A DNA stretch of 64,000 nt from Raillietiella orientalis. Lineage: Eukaryota. Positions 32,392 through 44,853 of the stretch are shown in pieces (the stretch's first letter is position 1; each line of letters starts with the position of its first letter). The stretch lies in contig JAYWIR010000012.1 of NCBI GenBank assembly GCA_036172245.1, positions 2,294,001 through 2,358,000 on the forward strand. The letters run 5' to 3'. Both the position numbers and the translations under genes were made by a program. A model generated the notes under the pieces. That model was not told where the DNA came from, did not search any database, and was given only the letters and a program-made list of their open reading frames with translations.

Positions 32392-32520
32392 AATTTTGAC
32401 AAATTTGCACGAGTTGACAGTGTTTGAAAGAATTGACAGTGTTGTGAGATTGGCAGTGTTCCCGGAAGCTGACACGGTTCCCAGAAGTTGGTAATGTTCC
32501 CAAGAGCTGACAGTATTGCC
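32392..32520. repeat. Degenerate ~19-bp minisatellite, 6-7 units (RAGYTGACAGTGTTCCCRR-like)
   Basis: Units gagttgacagtgtttgaaa / gaattgacagtgttgtg / agattggcagtgttcccgg / aagctgacacggttcccag / aagttggtaatgttcccaa / gagctgacagtattgcc. Confidence 0.8.
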
Positions 32521-35500
32521 TCCAAACCTTCATCCTGTCAGTATCGATTAATAGAAACGGGGACGAGAAGGAACTCCTTTGGGAAGCAGCGGTTTCCAAC
32601 GCCAAAAAAACTCGGCTCGGAGACGGACGTCCCGTACCGTCGACCGCGTAACGAAGGGATAAAAGGGGAAAAGCACGCTCATCCAGGACACACGCGGGAC
32701 CACTTGGGGTCTCTCCCGGAGCCACAAGAAATGCCTCCAAGGCAGTCGGAACCCCTTAGCCGAAAAGGCGCTTCCCCTCCTCCCAGCCCCTTGCACGGCA
32801 ACCGGAACAGAACTCCCGGGACGTGCGTTTCCCTAACGTTTGCAAAAGGGAAAGTCGTGGAGAGGCGGGAAAAAATCGGCAGGAACCTCCGCTCTGTTTC
32901 CGATCCTCTTGTTTCCTTCTCCCTTCCCTCTTCGCCTCCTTCCGGGAACACCCGCCCTATTCCTAAAAGCTCCGTCCTTTCTTCCTGGATGTGAAACGCG
33001 GGATTGGAACGCTCCTGTGCGCTCCCCTGGGGAGAGCGCTCTCTGCAGCGCCCCTCCCTAGCTATAAGCGCAGAAGAAGGGCTAACGGAACCTCCGTTTC
33101 CCGTACGTTGTGGCGGTAGCGGCAGGCAGAATAGGACAGCCTTCCTCCACGGCTCTTCAGGGCAGCCATCGCATAGGGAGACGCTTGGCTGGAGAAGAAG
33201 AGGGGAGGGAAATGAAAAAAGGAAGTGCTGCGTTCCCTTCCAGTCTTACATCGATAGCGCCTCTGCGATCTTCCAGCTCGCCCTCTTTCCCCCAGCTCCC
33301 GTGGCTTGGCGAAGAGGGAGAGAGACTTTTATTGTCTCTTATGCACTGTTCCACGAAAATGGGCACTTCGGTGAGCGATGCACCTGGACGGTTGCCATGG
33401 ATCCTCCAGCGTGCAGCCGGCGGTCGCGTGGCAGAGGGGGATCCCGGTGTTCTGCTCTTCCCTACTCCCGCTCTGAGGAAGTCTTATAGATGCCTGCTCG
33501 ACGAGACGGGCCGTAAGTGACGCTCCCGCCGAGCCCTCTCCGCCCCAGGACGAAGATCGCTGGTTTGCCAGTTTCCCATAGTCCATCGAACAGGAGAAAG
33601 GAAAAGCAGGACAAGGGATCCCCCACCCTTCTTTCCGAATCGCTTTTCCTCCCGGGAATGCGGTGCTCAAGCCCGCCGCCGTGTGTCCACCAGGCCGAAT
33701 AAGGAAGTCGAGTTTGCCCCAGGGTTGGTTAGCGAAGCGTGCCCGGAGAAGATCACCTTTCTCTCCACTCTCCGCCCTTCCCTGCCTCCCCTTCCCCGAA
33801 GGTAGGTGTCTCCGGGAATTCCCTCCGCATCGCAGGAAAGAGAGATCGTCGCCTGACCTCCTCCTTCTCCTCCTCCCTATCGCTCTCAGAAATGGAAGAG
33901 AGAGGGATCTCTCTGAAGGACGGACGCCCCTGGGGGAGCTATGCGACGAAGGGAGAAAAGGAAGGGGGTGAGGGGGCGACAGACTGCTGCCGAGGCAGAC
34001 TCCTCTCCTCCCTTCGTCGTAAATGTGCAGACAACAGAGAGCTCTGCCCTTCTCCTTCAGAGACCCTCACTGAGTGCTTCCAGCCCCCCAAGGGAGGGAA
34101 ACGGAGAGCTCTCCTCGGGCGATTTCCCCTTCCGTGATGGGAAGGGAAAAGAAGGGGAAATAGGAAGGCTGTTCTACTGCTCGGACAATAAAGGGTTTCC
34201 TCGGACGGGTCACCTCTGGTCCGAGGTCGCCGTAAAAGCGGTGAGAGGAGGGACTGGAGTCCCCTCTACCAGGGATTCGCAGGAGGGTATCACCTGAAAT
34301 GGAAGGATGATGGTTTCCGGGAATCATTTGCTCCCGAGAGACGAAATGAGCTGATGAATCGCACTCCGGCAGGTGGAGGGTACATAGAGGTGGGGTCTGT
34401 CGCTCCACGTCGCTTCAGATCCTCACGGGAAGAGATCCGATGAAACCACAAATACCAGAGTGGGGAAAAGCATCTGGGAGCAGGTCCTGGCTCTCTTCAA
34501 GCCCGGATCTCCCTTCCCCCAGACAATTTGCATAGCAGCCGGAGGGCCGGAGAGATCCTGGTCATACTCCAACTCCCTCCTGTCCTGCTGTCCGAATTTC
34601 CATTTGGGACAGTGGCAGAAGGAGTGCTTGCCTCCTCCTCCTGGCTTCTGCCTATCGGTTGGTAGGGTCCACCAGTCATCGTGATACCCACAGGAACTCT
34701 CTTATTAAGCGCCAATAGCAGCTCAGACCTCTCCGTTTCCTTTTTTCACCTGATCGTTGGGGGCAAGAAGCTCCTGAAACTGTGACCCTTGGAAGTCCTG
34801 ATCTGACAGACTGCGCTGTGCGCTAGAAGCAGGTCCCCGGTCATCCGGGAACAGGAACGCACCTCGCTTGAAAACTTCCCCGAACGAAGAGCGGGATGCT
34901 GTCTTCTGCGTTCCAGAATGTGGCAATTTACAACAAGGGGAAAAGTAAGTGGGTGGATCCGAAGACAGCTTCCTTAGGCAGTGCGGAGCCTCTCCTTCAG
35001 GGTGCCGCTCCTTGCAGGAAGCTGCGACTCCTAGGCCTTTGTCTTGTCCCGGTCAGGAAACCAGAACTCCCGAATGGTTTTCGGACGCCTCTCCTCCTCC
35101 ACCTCGAGTTGGCACCTTGGCCATGACTGGAGATCGCGTCCGATCTTCTCCCTGACCGAGGACCTCGCCCGGAACCAACCAACCACCACTTTCTACAGAA
35201 AGAAAAGAATCCTCTTCTTTCTCCGGCTAGGGATGCTCGAATGAAGCACAGTTCTGTTTTGCCAGACCTCTGGATGCGTGTGGACTGAGGACTGTGACAA
35301 CCCAAGAAACAGCAGATTCTTCCAAGGCACCTAACTGCATCGCTCCGCCTCCCACGAAACGATCGAGGATCCCCATCTCTCGGTGTCCACTCTCTCGGAC
35401 GTTCTTTCTCCTCGACCTCTCTGCCATTGTGCTTGCAGGAGAAGAGGTAAAGCGAGAGAATCTCGCGTTTGAGAATGCATGTGGGCATTCTCCTTCGCGA

Positions 35501-38500
35501 TTCTCGTATGCGTTCCTTACTAGGGGGTGAAAACCCAAGGGGCCCACTTAAATACCGAATGCCATGTCCTCAAACCCCGCGCCCCATCCTCCACCCCTCT
35601 GCTTCCAGTCGGCGCTTTCTTCTCTTCCTTCTCCCCACCTCTCCCACCCTGCTGTAGCTTTGTAGTGCGAAACAGACCCCATTAGATCCTGAACTGCTTG
35701 CATCTCCTTCTTGAAACGCGACTTGGTAAAAGACGTTAAGAAAGTTGACTTATTCCAAGAGACCTGCAGGAGGTCCCTTTTTGAAAACGTAATTTATATC
35801 TGGCAAGTTTCTGGCAGCTTTCACTCTTGGACGAGATTTGCGACCTTCCAAATTTCTCTTCTTTCTCCTCGAGAAATTTTTCGGCAAAACGCTTAATGCG
35901 AAAGAACGCCTAAGCTTTCAGGCAACCAACTTGCATTATACACTTTCACTTGAAAATTTCCCAATTTCGAACTCCGAGCCAATAAAAACTACCGATTGGG
36001 ATTTTTTCCCTCTGTTCCTGCTATCTGAATTGGCAAGTGGCTGAAGGAGTAGGGACAACTGGGCAACAGAATAGTGGGGTCACAGACGATCGTTTTCGCT
36101 CCTGGACACTCCATCAACGCTTTCGTCGCAGGGTGTCAGGGCACTGAAGAGCCCCCCTTTCGAGAGGTGGTGCCCGACCTCTCCGATTGTGCCCCCCACC
36201 CCCGCCCCTTGTTGTGCCTGTCATGCGTGGGATCACCCCCGCGACAGCCGTGGGATCGATATCGGGCCCTGCCGGGAGGGCGCCTCCCTTGCTGCGCCGT
36301 CGGTAGCAGTCCTCGGTTCCGGGCGGGCTTGCCCTTCGCACTTCGTCACGTGCGAGGACGAGGATGCGGGAAGACGGGTCTTCTCCTCCTGCGGAGATCG
36401 AATGAGCCAGCGCTGGCTTGGTACACTGTCGTGGAACAGGGATGCGAGTTCCGCGCGCTCCCCGAAAGGGGAAAAGTTCCGTTCCCAAGGTTAGCAGCAG
36501 CGTGTGCAGCAATCGGTCCCAGGTCGGATTCAGACCACAGCAGCGACGTGTGTACATGCCGGTACACACGCTTGGCGGTGGCTCCATTACGAAAGAACGG
36601 ACGTGGATGAAATGAGACGACGGGGACGCGTCTTACGTCGTGGAGCCCTTCTGCGACTGCGCGCCCTCGCGAAATGGAAGGAGAGAAGCGGAGTCAGCAA
36701 ACGAAAGCGAAGCCATTGGCGGCGGCGATTCCGTTCTGAAGGGTTCCGACCTCCAAAGATAAAACGCCCGCTCCCCCGCAATGCGTGAACGAAATGAAAG
36801 GCAGCAGGCGCAGAATCCCGCAACAAAAAAAAAAAAAAAGAAAAAGAAAAGAAAGCCATCTCCCCCGCGAGTGCTTTCGGAGGCGCAGCAAGAACGAGGA
36901 AGAGGGAACCTTGCGATCCAACCCTGCATGCATTTCTGGAAAGGAAGGGGGGAGGGGGAGGGAGGGAATGGAGTTTTTTGTCTCTCCTCGCCCTTCGAAA
37001 ACAACGAAAAAGACGCTGCTTGGTTACGTAGCCGTCCATTACGCAGCATTTCATTCGGGGACCATATTTCGAGGCGGAGATCAAAACTGCCACGAGAAGA
37101 CCTGTCGGCACTTGGAACTCGCCATCGACGTTCCCGAGGTGGGAATTTATGCTCGAGATCTGACTCGGGAATTTGCAATGCAGAGCCTCCGCGGCCGGGA
37201 AAAGGGAGGCTCTCCGTGCGTGTGCTCTTCTTGCTGCTGCTGTTGTGACAAGGAGATCGATTGGGAATCTTGGCACGGTCTCAGCAGCCGGTGAGGAACT
37301 CTGATGCTCGTGCCAAAGAACGAAGAAGATGGGAAGGCCGAAGACATCAGAGAAACCGAGGCTACGAGGACCTCCCCCCCCCCCCCCCTCATCGACGCTG
37401 CGACCGCTGCTGCCGCTTCCCGTTTTTGCCAGTTCGAAATCCGCCGATGCCCAAGAGGAACACGAAGGAAGAACCCAAAGAACCTGGCCGACGGCAGCTG
37501 AGGCTCCAGCGGATCGCAGGGCTCGGCGGCGGGAAGATAAAACCCAACGAACCCCGAAGGACTGTTAATGACTCCCCGTGTTGTAATGGACGGCATGTCA
37601 AGAGTGCCAGAGGTTTGTGCAACTTGATTACGAAGACTCCTGGTGATGCAATGCGCGCGCAACGATAAGAACGCCCATCGGGAAGAACCGAAGAGCACAG
37701 GCCGCGGGAGGACATCCGATTACAGATTCAGGGAGCGAGATGGCTGCCTGTCGCGGTGGAGAGCGCTCGGGCGGGACGCCGCCCTCGCCCGAGCGGAGAG
37801 CAAGCAGACGCGAGCGCTCACGTCTGCTCGCGTGCGACCTGCGCGTTCTTGCACAAGCGCAGGATTCCGCGGGGCAGAGCAGGTCACGAGGGGACAAGCA
37901 GGCGGAAACGGAAGCCGCTTCCCGGTCCGCCCGTCCCCGTGCGGTTCGAACCACCGCGGGGAGACTCGGCGGGACCGATGGAGCCGTCTCGTATTGGTGC
38001 GGCGTCCGATGGACGGGAGGTCGCACCAACCGCGCGCGCCAGAGCAGAGAGCGGAAAAAGACGAAGACGGCGCGCTTCGAGGACTCCCCCGCGGCGAGGT
38101 CGTTTCGGGTCTCCCAGGCCTGGGGAGAGGGTCTGCTGTTCGTCCTGGGATTGCCCAGGGTTCCTCGCAGAGCGTAGGAGGCAGAGACCGCGTAGTCCAC
38201 TGAAGCACCGTCCAGCCACGAGGATGAGGCTCTCTGGACCGAACAGCTGGGACCGGATGGCTCTCGTTGGACTGTCACCAGGATGCGCTGAGGGTTGCGC
38301 CAGCCTGCCCTCCCTCCCTGCCCCCTTTGACGATGCCGCGACGCCTGATAGCGTCGCCCTCACAGATTGGTCTTCACGAGCCTCCCTCGCCCCCAGCGGG
38401 CATGCTGCTGCTGCTGCAGGGGGCTCTGGAGCGGGAGGTGGGTGGTCTGACCTCTCGCCGCAGAGGCGCACCCGCGTGCGACAAACACCCCATTCCTGTC

Positions 38501-41500
38501 CTCCTTTTTGGGAAATTCGTTCTGGGAAGAGAGGGGGAGGCGAAGGAAAGGTTGCGAGGTCCCGGCAAAGTGAGTGGGGGGGGGAGCTACTACCCTCGAG
38601 GAGCGCGGAGGGCACGCCTTCCGAGCGGGCAAGGAGCTCGCGCCGCCGGAAACCACCACCCTTCAGGAGATGAGGGAGCCGTCCGTCGAGAATTGGAGAA
38701 GGGAAAGGAATCTCGCGGGCATGCGCGCAAGCGGGTGCAGCGCGCCATCGAATCGTCGGAGGTCCCGCGCCCACCACGAGCGCGTGGAGAGCTCCGCGGG
38801 TGTCGCGAGGAAGACGTGCCGGAGGAAGCTTCGAGTCTCCGTTCAGAGATGGATCTGCAGGTTCGACCCCGCCTTCCGAGGGAGGCGGCGGCCGGCGAGC
38901 CGTCTCGGGGAGGAAAGGAGCTCTTAGGCGGATGGCACGTGGGGGCAGGGGGGGAGGAACGGGAAAGGGAAATCCAGGCGAAAGGGAGGGGGACACCAGG
39001 AGACCCTCGATCTTGGACTCACGAAGCGGGGAAGAGCAGCGTGCATATCGTGAACGGAAACCGGTTGTCCCGGCAACGGCGAGGCGCGCGGTCCTCTCGG
39101 AGAGGAAGTGCAGCAAAAACTAGAGCGCGCCGTGTTCACTTCCTCCCCCTCCCTCCCCCGCACGAGAGAAGGAGGTTGGCGCTCCGGGGGAAGGGAGGGG
39201 GGGAGGGCGCGCTGATCACGAGCACCATGCAAAGGGGACTTGAGGGGGAGGAAGCATCCGTGTGTGCAAGAGACTCTTCGGCGCACCCTTCCGAGATAAG
39301 GCGCCCGCTGGGGCAAGATGGAGTATTGCAGTCTCCATCCCCCCCCCCCCTCCACGAAACCTCTGAACGCCCCTCCTCCTTGCAAGGAGCCTCGGTCACC
39401 GTCCACCGCGGGTGTGCCGAAGTGTCGGACGCCAGAGGCGCACGCGGCTGAGCGGGAGAGATGCGCAGCGAGCGGCGAAGTGCTGCCAGAGCGCGCCGAT
39501 GATGTCATGGCAACGACCGATGCGATCCAGACAGCGGTGCGCCTCCCGGACTGGACGCCGTGGGTGAACCGGAGGGGTCCAGCCCGCCGATCGCCCTAAC
39601 ACATGCCTGGATTTTCCTTCGACTCTCTGCTCACCCTGGTCTCAGTCGAGGCGCGCGAGCTACCCCACCTCTCTCGCACCCGTCGCGGGCTCTCAGTCGA
39701 GGAGGGCATTCCGTCCCGTATCCACGTGGCAGTCCACTCATTTGTTTTCCCTCCTTCCCAGCATACCGTCCCACGAGATCATGGGATCTTCCCGACGGAT
39801 GGGCGAGCGATCCTCTCGAACCTGCTTCCAGCGAGCGTTCATCCATCATCAGACGACCCGGCGCATCCGGGGTCGGAAATCAACCCTCGTGCAGCCAGTG
39901 ACGCTGACTGCCCTCTGTGGCAGCGCAGCGTAACTTCCTGGGCGTCTCGGCTTCCGAGAGCCGCCGCTTTTCACGCTGCGCAGGAACGAGGGCGCTCACG
40001 GAATCGGGAGCGGCAAAAACCGGAGCGCCTCCCGGACGTACTCAACCTTTCCCTCCCCCTCCTTCCCCCGTGGGTCCCTCCCCGCCCCGCGAGCTGCCTC
40101 TTCTCGGCTTCCGTCGTTCGTGTGCTACGAGAGCGTATGAAGCAGCAGCGACACCGCCGTCCAGCGGAGGAAGCTCGCAACGGAGCGCGATCCCCGGGAA
40201 GGAAGGAATCCGCGCGCGCGCCCCTGGTGGGCCCGGACGTTCCTCAGCCGCCTGTCCCAGAAGGCCCCCCTCGCAGTGACGCAGCCGAGGTCACTGTTGC
40301 GATCCTATGAGCCCGCGAGGCGGGGGGAACCCTGCCGTTCGCCAGTGCCTCCCTCCCTTTTTCCTTGCTGTGGTTTGGTCACCCTGCTTGGGTCCGAGGC
40401 CAGGAAGGGAGGAGCAGCAGTTGGAGACCAGGAAGACCCCTCTGCCGCCTCCGCTGGACGTCCGTCCGGAAAACGCCTGGGGACGAGGTGAGCGTCCCCT
40501 TTTTGCTGGACGCGGCCCTACGCGCGCATGGGACGTTCTGCCATGGCACCTCGGATACCGCGCAAGGGTCTCACGGCGAGGCATGTGGGAGGAGGTTTGG
40601 CGGGAGGGGCAGGAAAGGGGACGGAGACCCTCCGGGATTAGTGTACGAGGTCATCGCCATGTTGGAAAGTCGCCGCTGCCGCGAGGAGGGGCAGGAGTAG
40701 AGACCACCTCTGCCCGGTGGAGGCGAAGTCGAGGAGTGAAGAGGGAGGATGGAAGCTTCCTTCCGGTCCTCTTGAGCGGCGAAATCATTCGCCCGGGCAG
40801 TGGCCTCCGGGTCCTCTGCGTTATGCCTCCTCCCTGTCGATCCCCAACCTCTTTGCCCCTCAGGGAGAAGGTCGAGACCGCTTCCGGTCGACAACGGCAA
40901 GAGGAGAGTGGGGATTCCAACAGCTTCCCTTCCCATCTCTTTCGCCTTTCCAGGACCGACCCCCCTCCTTCCCTCGGGGGTGGGGAAGGGGAGGCGCCCG
41001 TGGCGACATCCGAAGCCGCAGCAGTGCCGCCCTCGGAGGGATCCGCGAGGAGCGGTGCCCTCCGCAGAGAGGAGGAACGGTGCTGCCGCCTACCGGAAAA
41101 AACGGGAACGAGACCCCCGCCTCTGCACACTTCTGGGAAAATCCCACCCCCCACCCCTTACCGGTTCCTTCCCAACAGAGCGCCATCGAAGCGCTGGCAC
41201 CGAGGCGTCCTGAAGCTGGGGTCCGACCGCCACGGGCATGCAACGGAAGGGCCACCCTCCCGCTGCTTTCGTCCCGCCCCCGGGAAACAAAGGTTGGGGC
41301 GTCCCCCGAGGATTGGAGCTCCTCGGGAGCTCCTTGTCGCGGGGGACAGCTCGCCGGGATGCGGGAAGGGTTGCGAGGCTCCAGGGAGCGCCGCGGAACC
41401 CCGTGGGTCCGAGGGGAAGGTCAGGCGACTCTTTGCTGTGTCCTTGGTCGGAGCAGGGCCGTCCCTGCACACCTGAGGGTGAGCCAGCAGTCCTGATCTC

Positions 41501-42216
41501 ACAGCTCCGGATCTCCCCGGAGATGGCGCGAGGGAGGAACTTCGACCGGGTCAGTCCTCCGACCAGTGGGTGGCCCAAATCCCGCATCCTTCCCTCAGCG
41601 ATCCTGTCCGATACTCGAGAGGCAACGGGACGGTTGCTCTCGTCCGCTCCCCCCTCCCTCCCAGGGCCCACTGGTCGGGGCTCAAGGTGAGGAACAGGGG
41701 GAGGGGGAGAAGTTCGCACCCTTCTCGTCGGCAGGTCCATCACCTTCTGGAACCGCGGGGCAGGCCCGCGCCACCTTACGCCAGAAGGCGCCTCCTGCCG
41801 AGCGCTCCCTTCGGGAAGTCTCGCAAGGGGGACGCCCCCAGGCTGAGGCAGCGAGGAGCTCTCGCATCGGGAGCACGGACACCCGGGGATTTCTGCCGAG
41901 GACGACGGGGAGCGCAGTGTTCCTTTCGCTCCCCCCCCCTTCAGCCACGTGAGCTGCCTCTGCAGAGGAGGTGGGAACCAACGGGACTGACCTAGGGCTC
42001 CTGCGCGTGGTCCAGCTTCCTGGTCGCCAGCGCAGCGTCCGAGGCCCTTTCGCCTGCAGGTGTTCCCCCCCCTCCTTGGTCTCGCGTCAGCAGGGAACGG
42101 CAATCGTCCCCTCGTCCCAGGTTCCCGGGGATGAAACGAGGAGACCCGAGACGAGAGGAGGGGGGACCCCCCGGGGCAGAGCAAGGGCCGTCGGAGGGGC
42201 GTTGCGCTGCACTCAC

Positions 42217-42333
42217 CTCGATGGGCGCGCGATCGCCCTTGTCCCTTGCCCCGAGGACGTGGGGGGTGGCGACCGGCCCCGCGTCCGTTGCACGTCCCCG
42301 GGGGCGCGAGAGATTCGAAAGCGCGGGTCACCT
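42217..42333 (-). other. Orphan 117-nt exon-like segment
   Basis: Acceptor tgtcctctttttttgcag and donor GAG|gtgagt; no recognisable peptide. Confidence 0.45.
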
Positions 42334-44853
42334 CTGCAAAAAAAGAGGACACCCAGTGAGTTTTCTGGGAGCGTCCCCGCGGGCCAAGCTGCCGAAGAGC
42401 AGAAGGACAGCTGATTCGGTCCCCGTATGCCCCCACTTCCGAAAGAAGACGGGAAGGGGCTGAACCTCCGCGCGGGGCTGGCACACCACCTCTTGGCATT
42501 CCGAGTCGCCTCCCGTTCCCTCCCTGGGCAGTGCCTTCCCGACCTGCCTCGTGGGCGCCATCGCCATCGGGAATCCACTCGCCGGGGGTCCCGCGGCATC
42601 CCCCGAGACTTCTGACCCGAGCGGTCGCCATGGTCAGGCGTTTCGCGGGAGTCGCGCCCCTGCGTCGCCACCGGTCGCGCTTCCGCGCCCCACGGCAGAG
42701 TCGCCATTTTTAAAAAAAATTTATTCCCCTCCCCCCGCGCTTTCATTGCGCTCCCGGGACTCCCGCGCTTTCCTTCCGCCGCCGTCCGATGGTCCTCGCG
42801 GAGTTGCCTGCCCGTCTGTCCCTCGCTAGGGAGGCTCTCGCCTTGCGTTTGCCCTCCCTCCCCCTCGCCTTAGGTCCGGGGGGTTCGCCCCACCTCGTGC
42901 TCCCGGCTGCCCAGCCGACGGCGTCCCTGCTGCCCGGTCCGGAGCACCATAAATGCGAAGCGCGCCGGGATCAGCTGTGCTCCCTGTCAGCTGCGGGGAT
43001 GGATGGCTCTGTTACCCCACCGCCCCTATTTCGAAAGACTGCCGAGGGGGACAGCGCTCGGTCTGTGGGTGGTGCACTTTATTCTTTTTTTGGAAATCAC
43101 TAGATTTTGCACAACCGCTCTTCCTCTCTACACTCCTTGGCCACTTCTTTCTGGAAAGGAAACGCACAAATCACTCCAAAGGTCGGGGAAAAAAATACAA
43201 AATAAAAAAGCAAAACAAAAACATCCCGGTTGATCAATCAATTTTTTTTTTTCTTTTTTGAAAAAGAAGAAGAAAAGGGGGAAAGGGGGGGGAGCGGAGG
43301 AGGAGGAGGAGAAGGCCGTGGAGCCCGCTTGACGACCAGCCGTTGCCTCGCGCTGCCTGCAAGAAAGCCGGCGCCATCTTTCCGGCGCCAGGCGGGTGGC
43401 AGCAGCGAGCTTTTTCACCGTTCGTTTCCGGGGAGCCAACGGCCCTGGGTGCCTCCCCCATCCGAAAACTCGGATAAGTCGCCAGGATCGCTTTCGGAAA
43501 TTTATACGTAGGGAAGCAAGCTCCTTCTTCGGGACGATGCGCTTGGATCTAGAGGAAGAAGGAGGAGGGGGGGGAGGGGGGAAGAGAAGGGGGCAAAACC
43601 GAACGGAGCCAAAAATAAAACGCGCGCAAGCCAGAAAACGCTTGAGCGGTTTCCCTCCCGAGGATCACGGATTCAAAAATTGACGCAGGCCTGCTATAAA
43701 TCTGGATCGAACGCATGAGCGAAGGGACCATTAAGATGACTACGATGCACGCGGGGAGCGGGGGAGGAGGAGACGCGCGCGCGGTGTCCGTGCTGCCATC
43801 TCGCGAGAGGGAGCGCAACGAACCCCCTATCGATTCCGATTCGAAGCTCCGATACGGCACGCAGCCCGTTCCGATGCGCGGTTATCTTGATGGCGCAGCA
43901 GCAACTTTCACTTTGCAGCTCCCTTGGAACGCACACGGGCACGCGTCGCATGCGTGCAGGCTTCGCACAACCCTTCTTTTCTCTTCCCGCGAAAAAATTC
44001 GGCGTCCCTTTCTGCCCTTCGAAAGATCAGGAAAGGGCTCGTTGGTAGGAGGATCCGGGTTTTCTCCGTTGGGGGATACGCAGGACGCGCTGCTCGGCAG
44101 TGGCGGTTCCCGGAGAGATCTGGACCACCCCCTCCAGGGCCCTACGCCACTCCAGAAGCGAGTGCCTCTTTTCCCGGGCGGTCGGGTACGCCTCCTGCGC
44201 GAAAAAAAAAAGGGGGGGCGCGAGGGTGCGAGAGGAAGCAGCAGGGTCTCTGGCGATCTCCGTGCCCCAAGTGGGACGCATCGGTCAGAAGCGCAGTCTG
44301 CGCGGCCTCCCCAAATCAACCGAGATCCTCCGATGAAGTCCCTCCTGGGTTCCAGGCGGCGACGGCCTATGAAGGAAGAAGTGGAGGTGCGCTCGCACGC
44401 ACGGGATGTGCGCCGTAGGGCGGTGACGGAATCACGACAGGAACGCGTTTGACATGCAGCCTGGATGGGAAGGGGACAGGAGCCACGAGCTTTCCGCCGC
44501 TGCCAAGAGACAGCGCTGCATGCACGCGGAAACATCGAGCAGTGAATCTGGCTAAAGAGACGGCGGCGCGAACAGCCGGAGGGCCCGATCCACGGTCCCA
44601 ACTGAGTATCTCGTGCGCCTCCTACTCCGCGGAAGCGAAGGACGGCTGCAACCGGGGTCCTGGTTCACGTGGAAACGCTCCGTGTCCCGGGGTCCTCCGC
44701 GAGAACTGCGGTGGATGCGGAAACGGAAACTCCCTCCCCCGCTCTTCCGCTACCTGACCTCGGGTCAATGCCAGCGCCCTACTCGCCTTCCAGCTACCGC
44801 ACGGACGACGTGGCGCAAGAGGCCCCACAGCGGAGTTGTTGCATCCAAGCTCC

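Noticed and set aside
32392..32520. CRISPR-like array, or miR-34 (TGGCAGTGT at ~32451)
   Set aside because: Contiguous degenerate units without unique spacers in eukaryotic DNA; the miR-34 seed match is one repeat unit with no hairpin.
41090..42631. 513-aa minus ORF and similar long ORFs (29427-30842, 37884-39116, 38267-39451, 27589-28761, 5258-6490, 40307-41476)
   Set aside because: R/P/G/A/S-rich, no domain motifs, several overlapping frames open at once; expected from high GC and TA depletion.
43694..44452. TATA box (CTATAAAT) plus a 245-aa plus-strand ORF as a gene
   Set aside because: The ATG is only ~20 nt from the TATA, at or before the expected TSS; the peptide has no recognisable features and contains homopolymer-derived runs.
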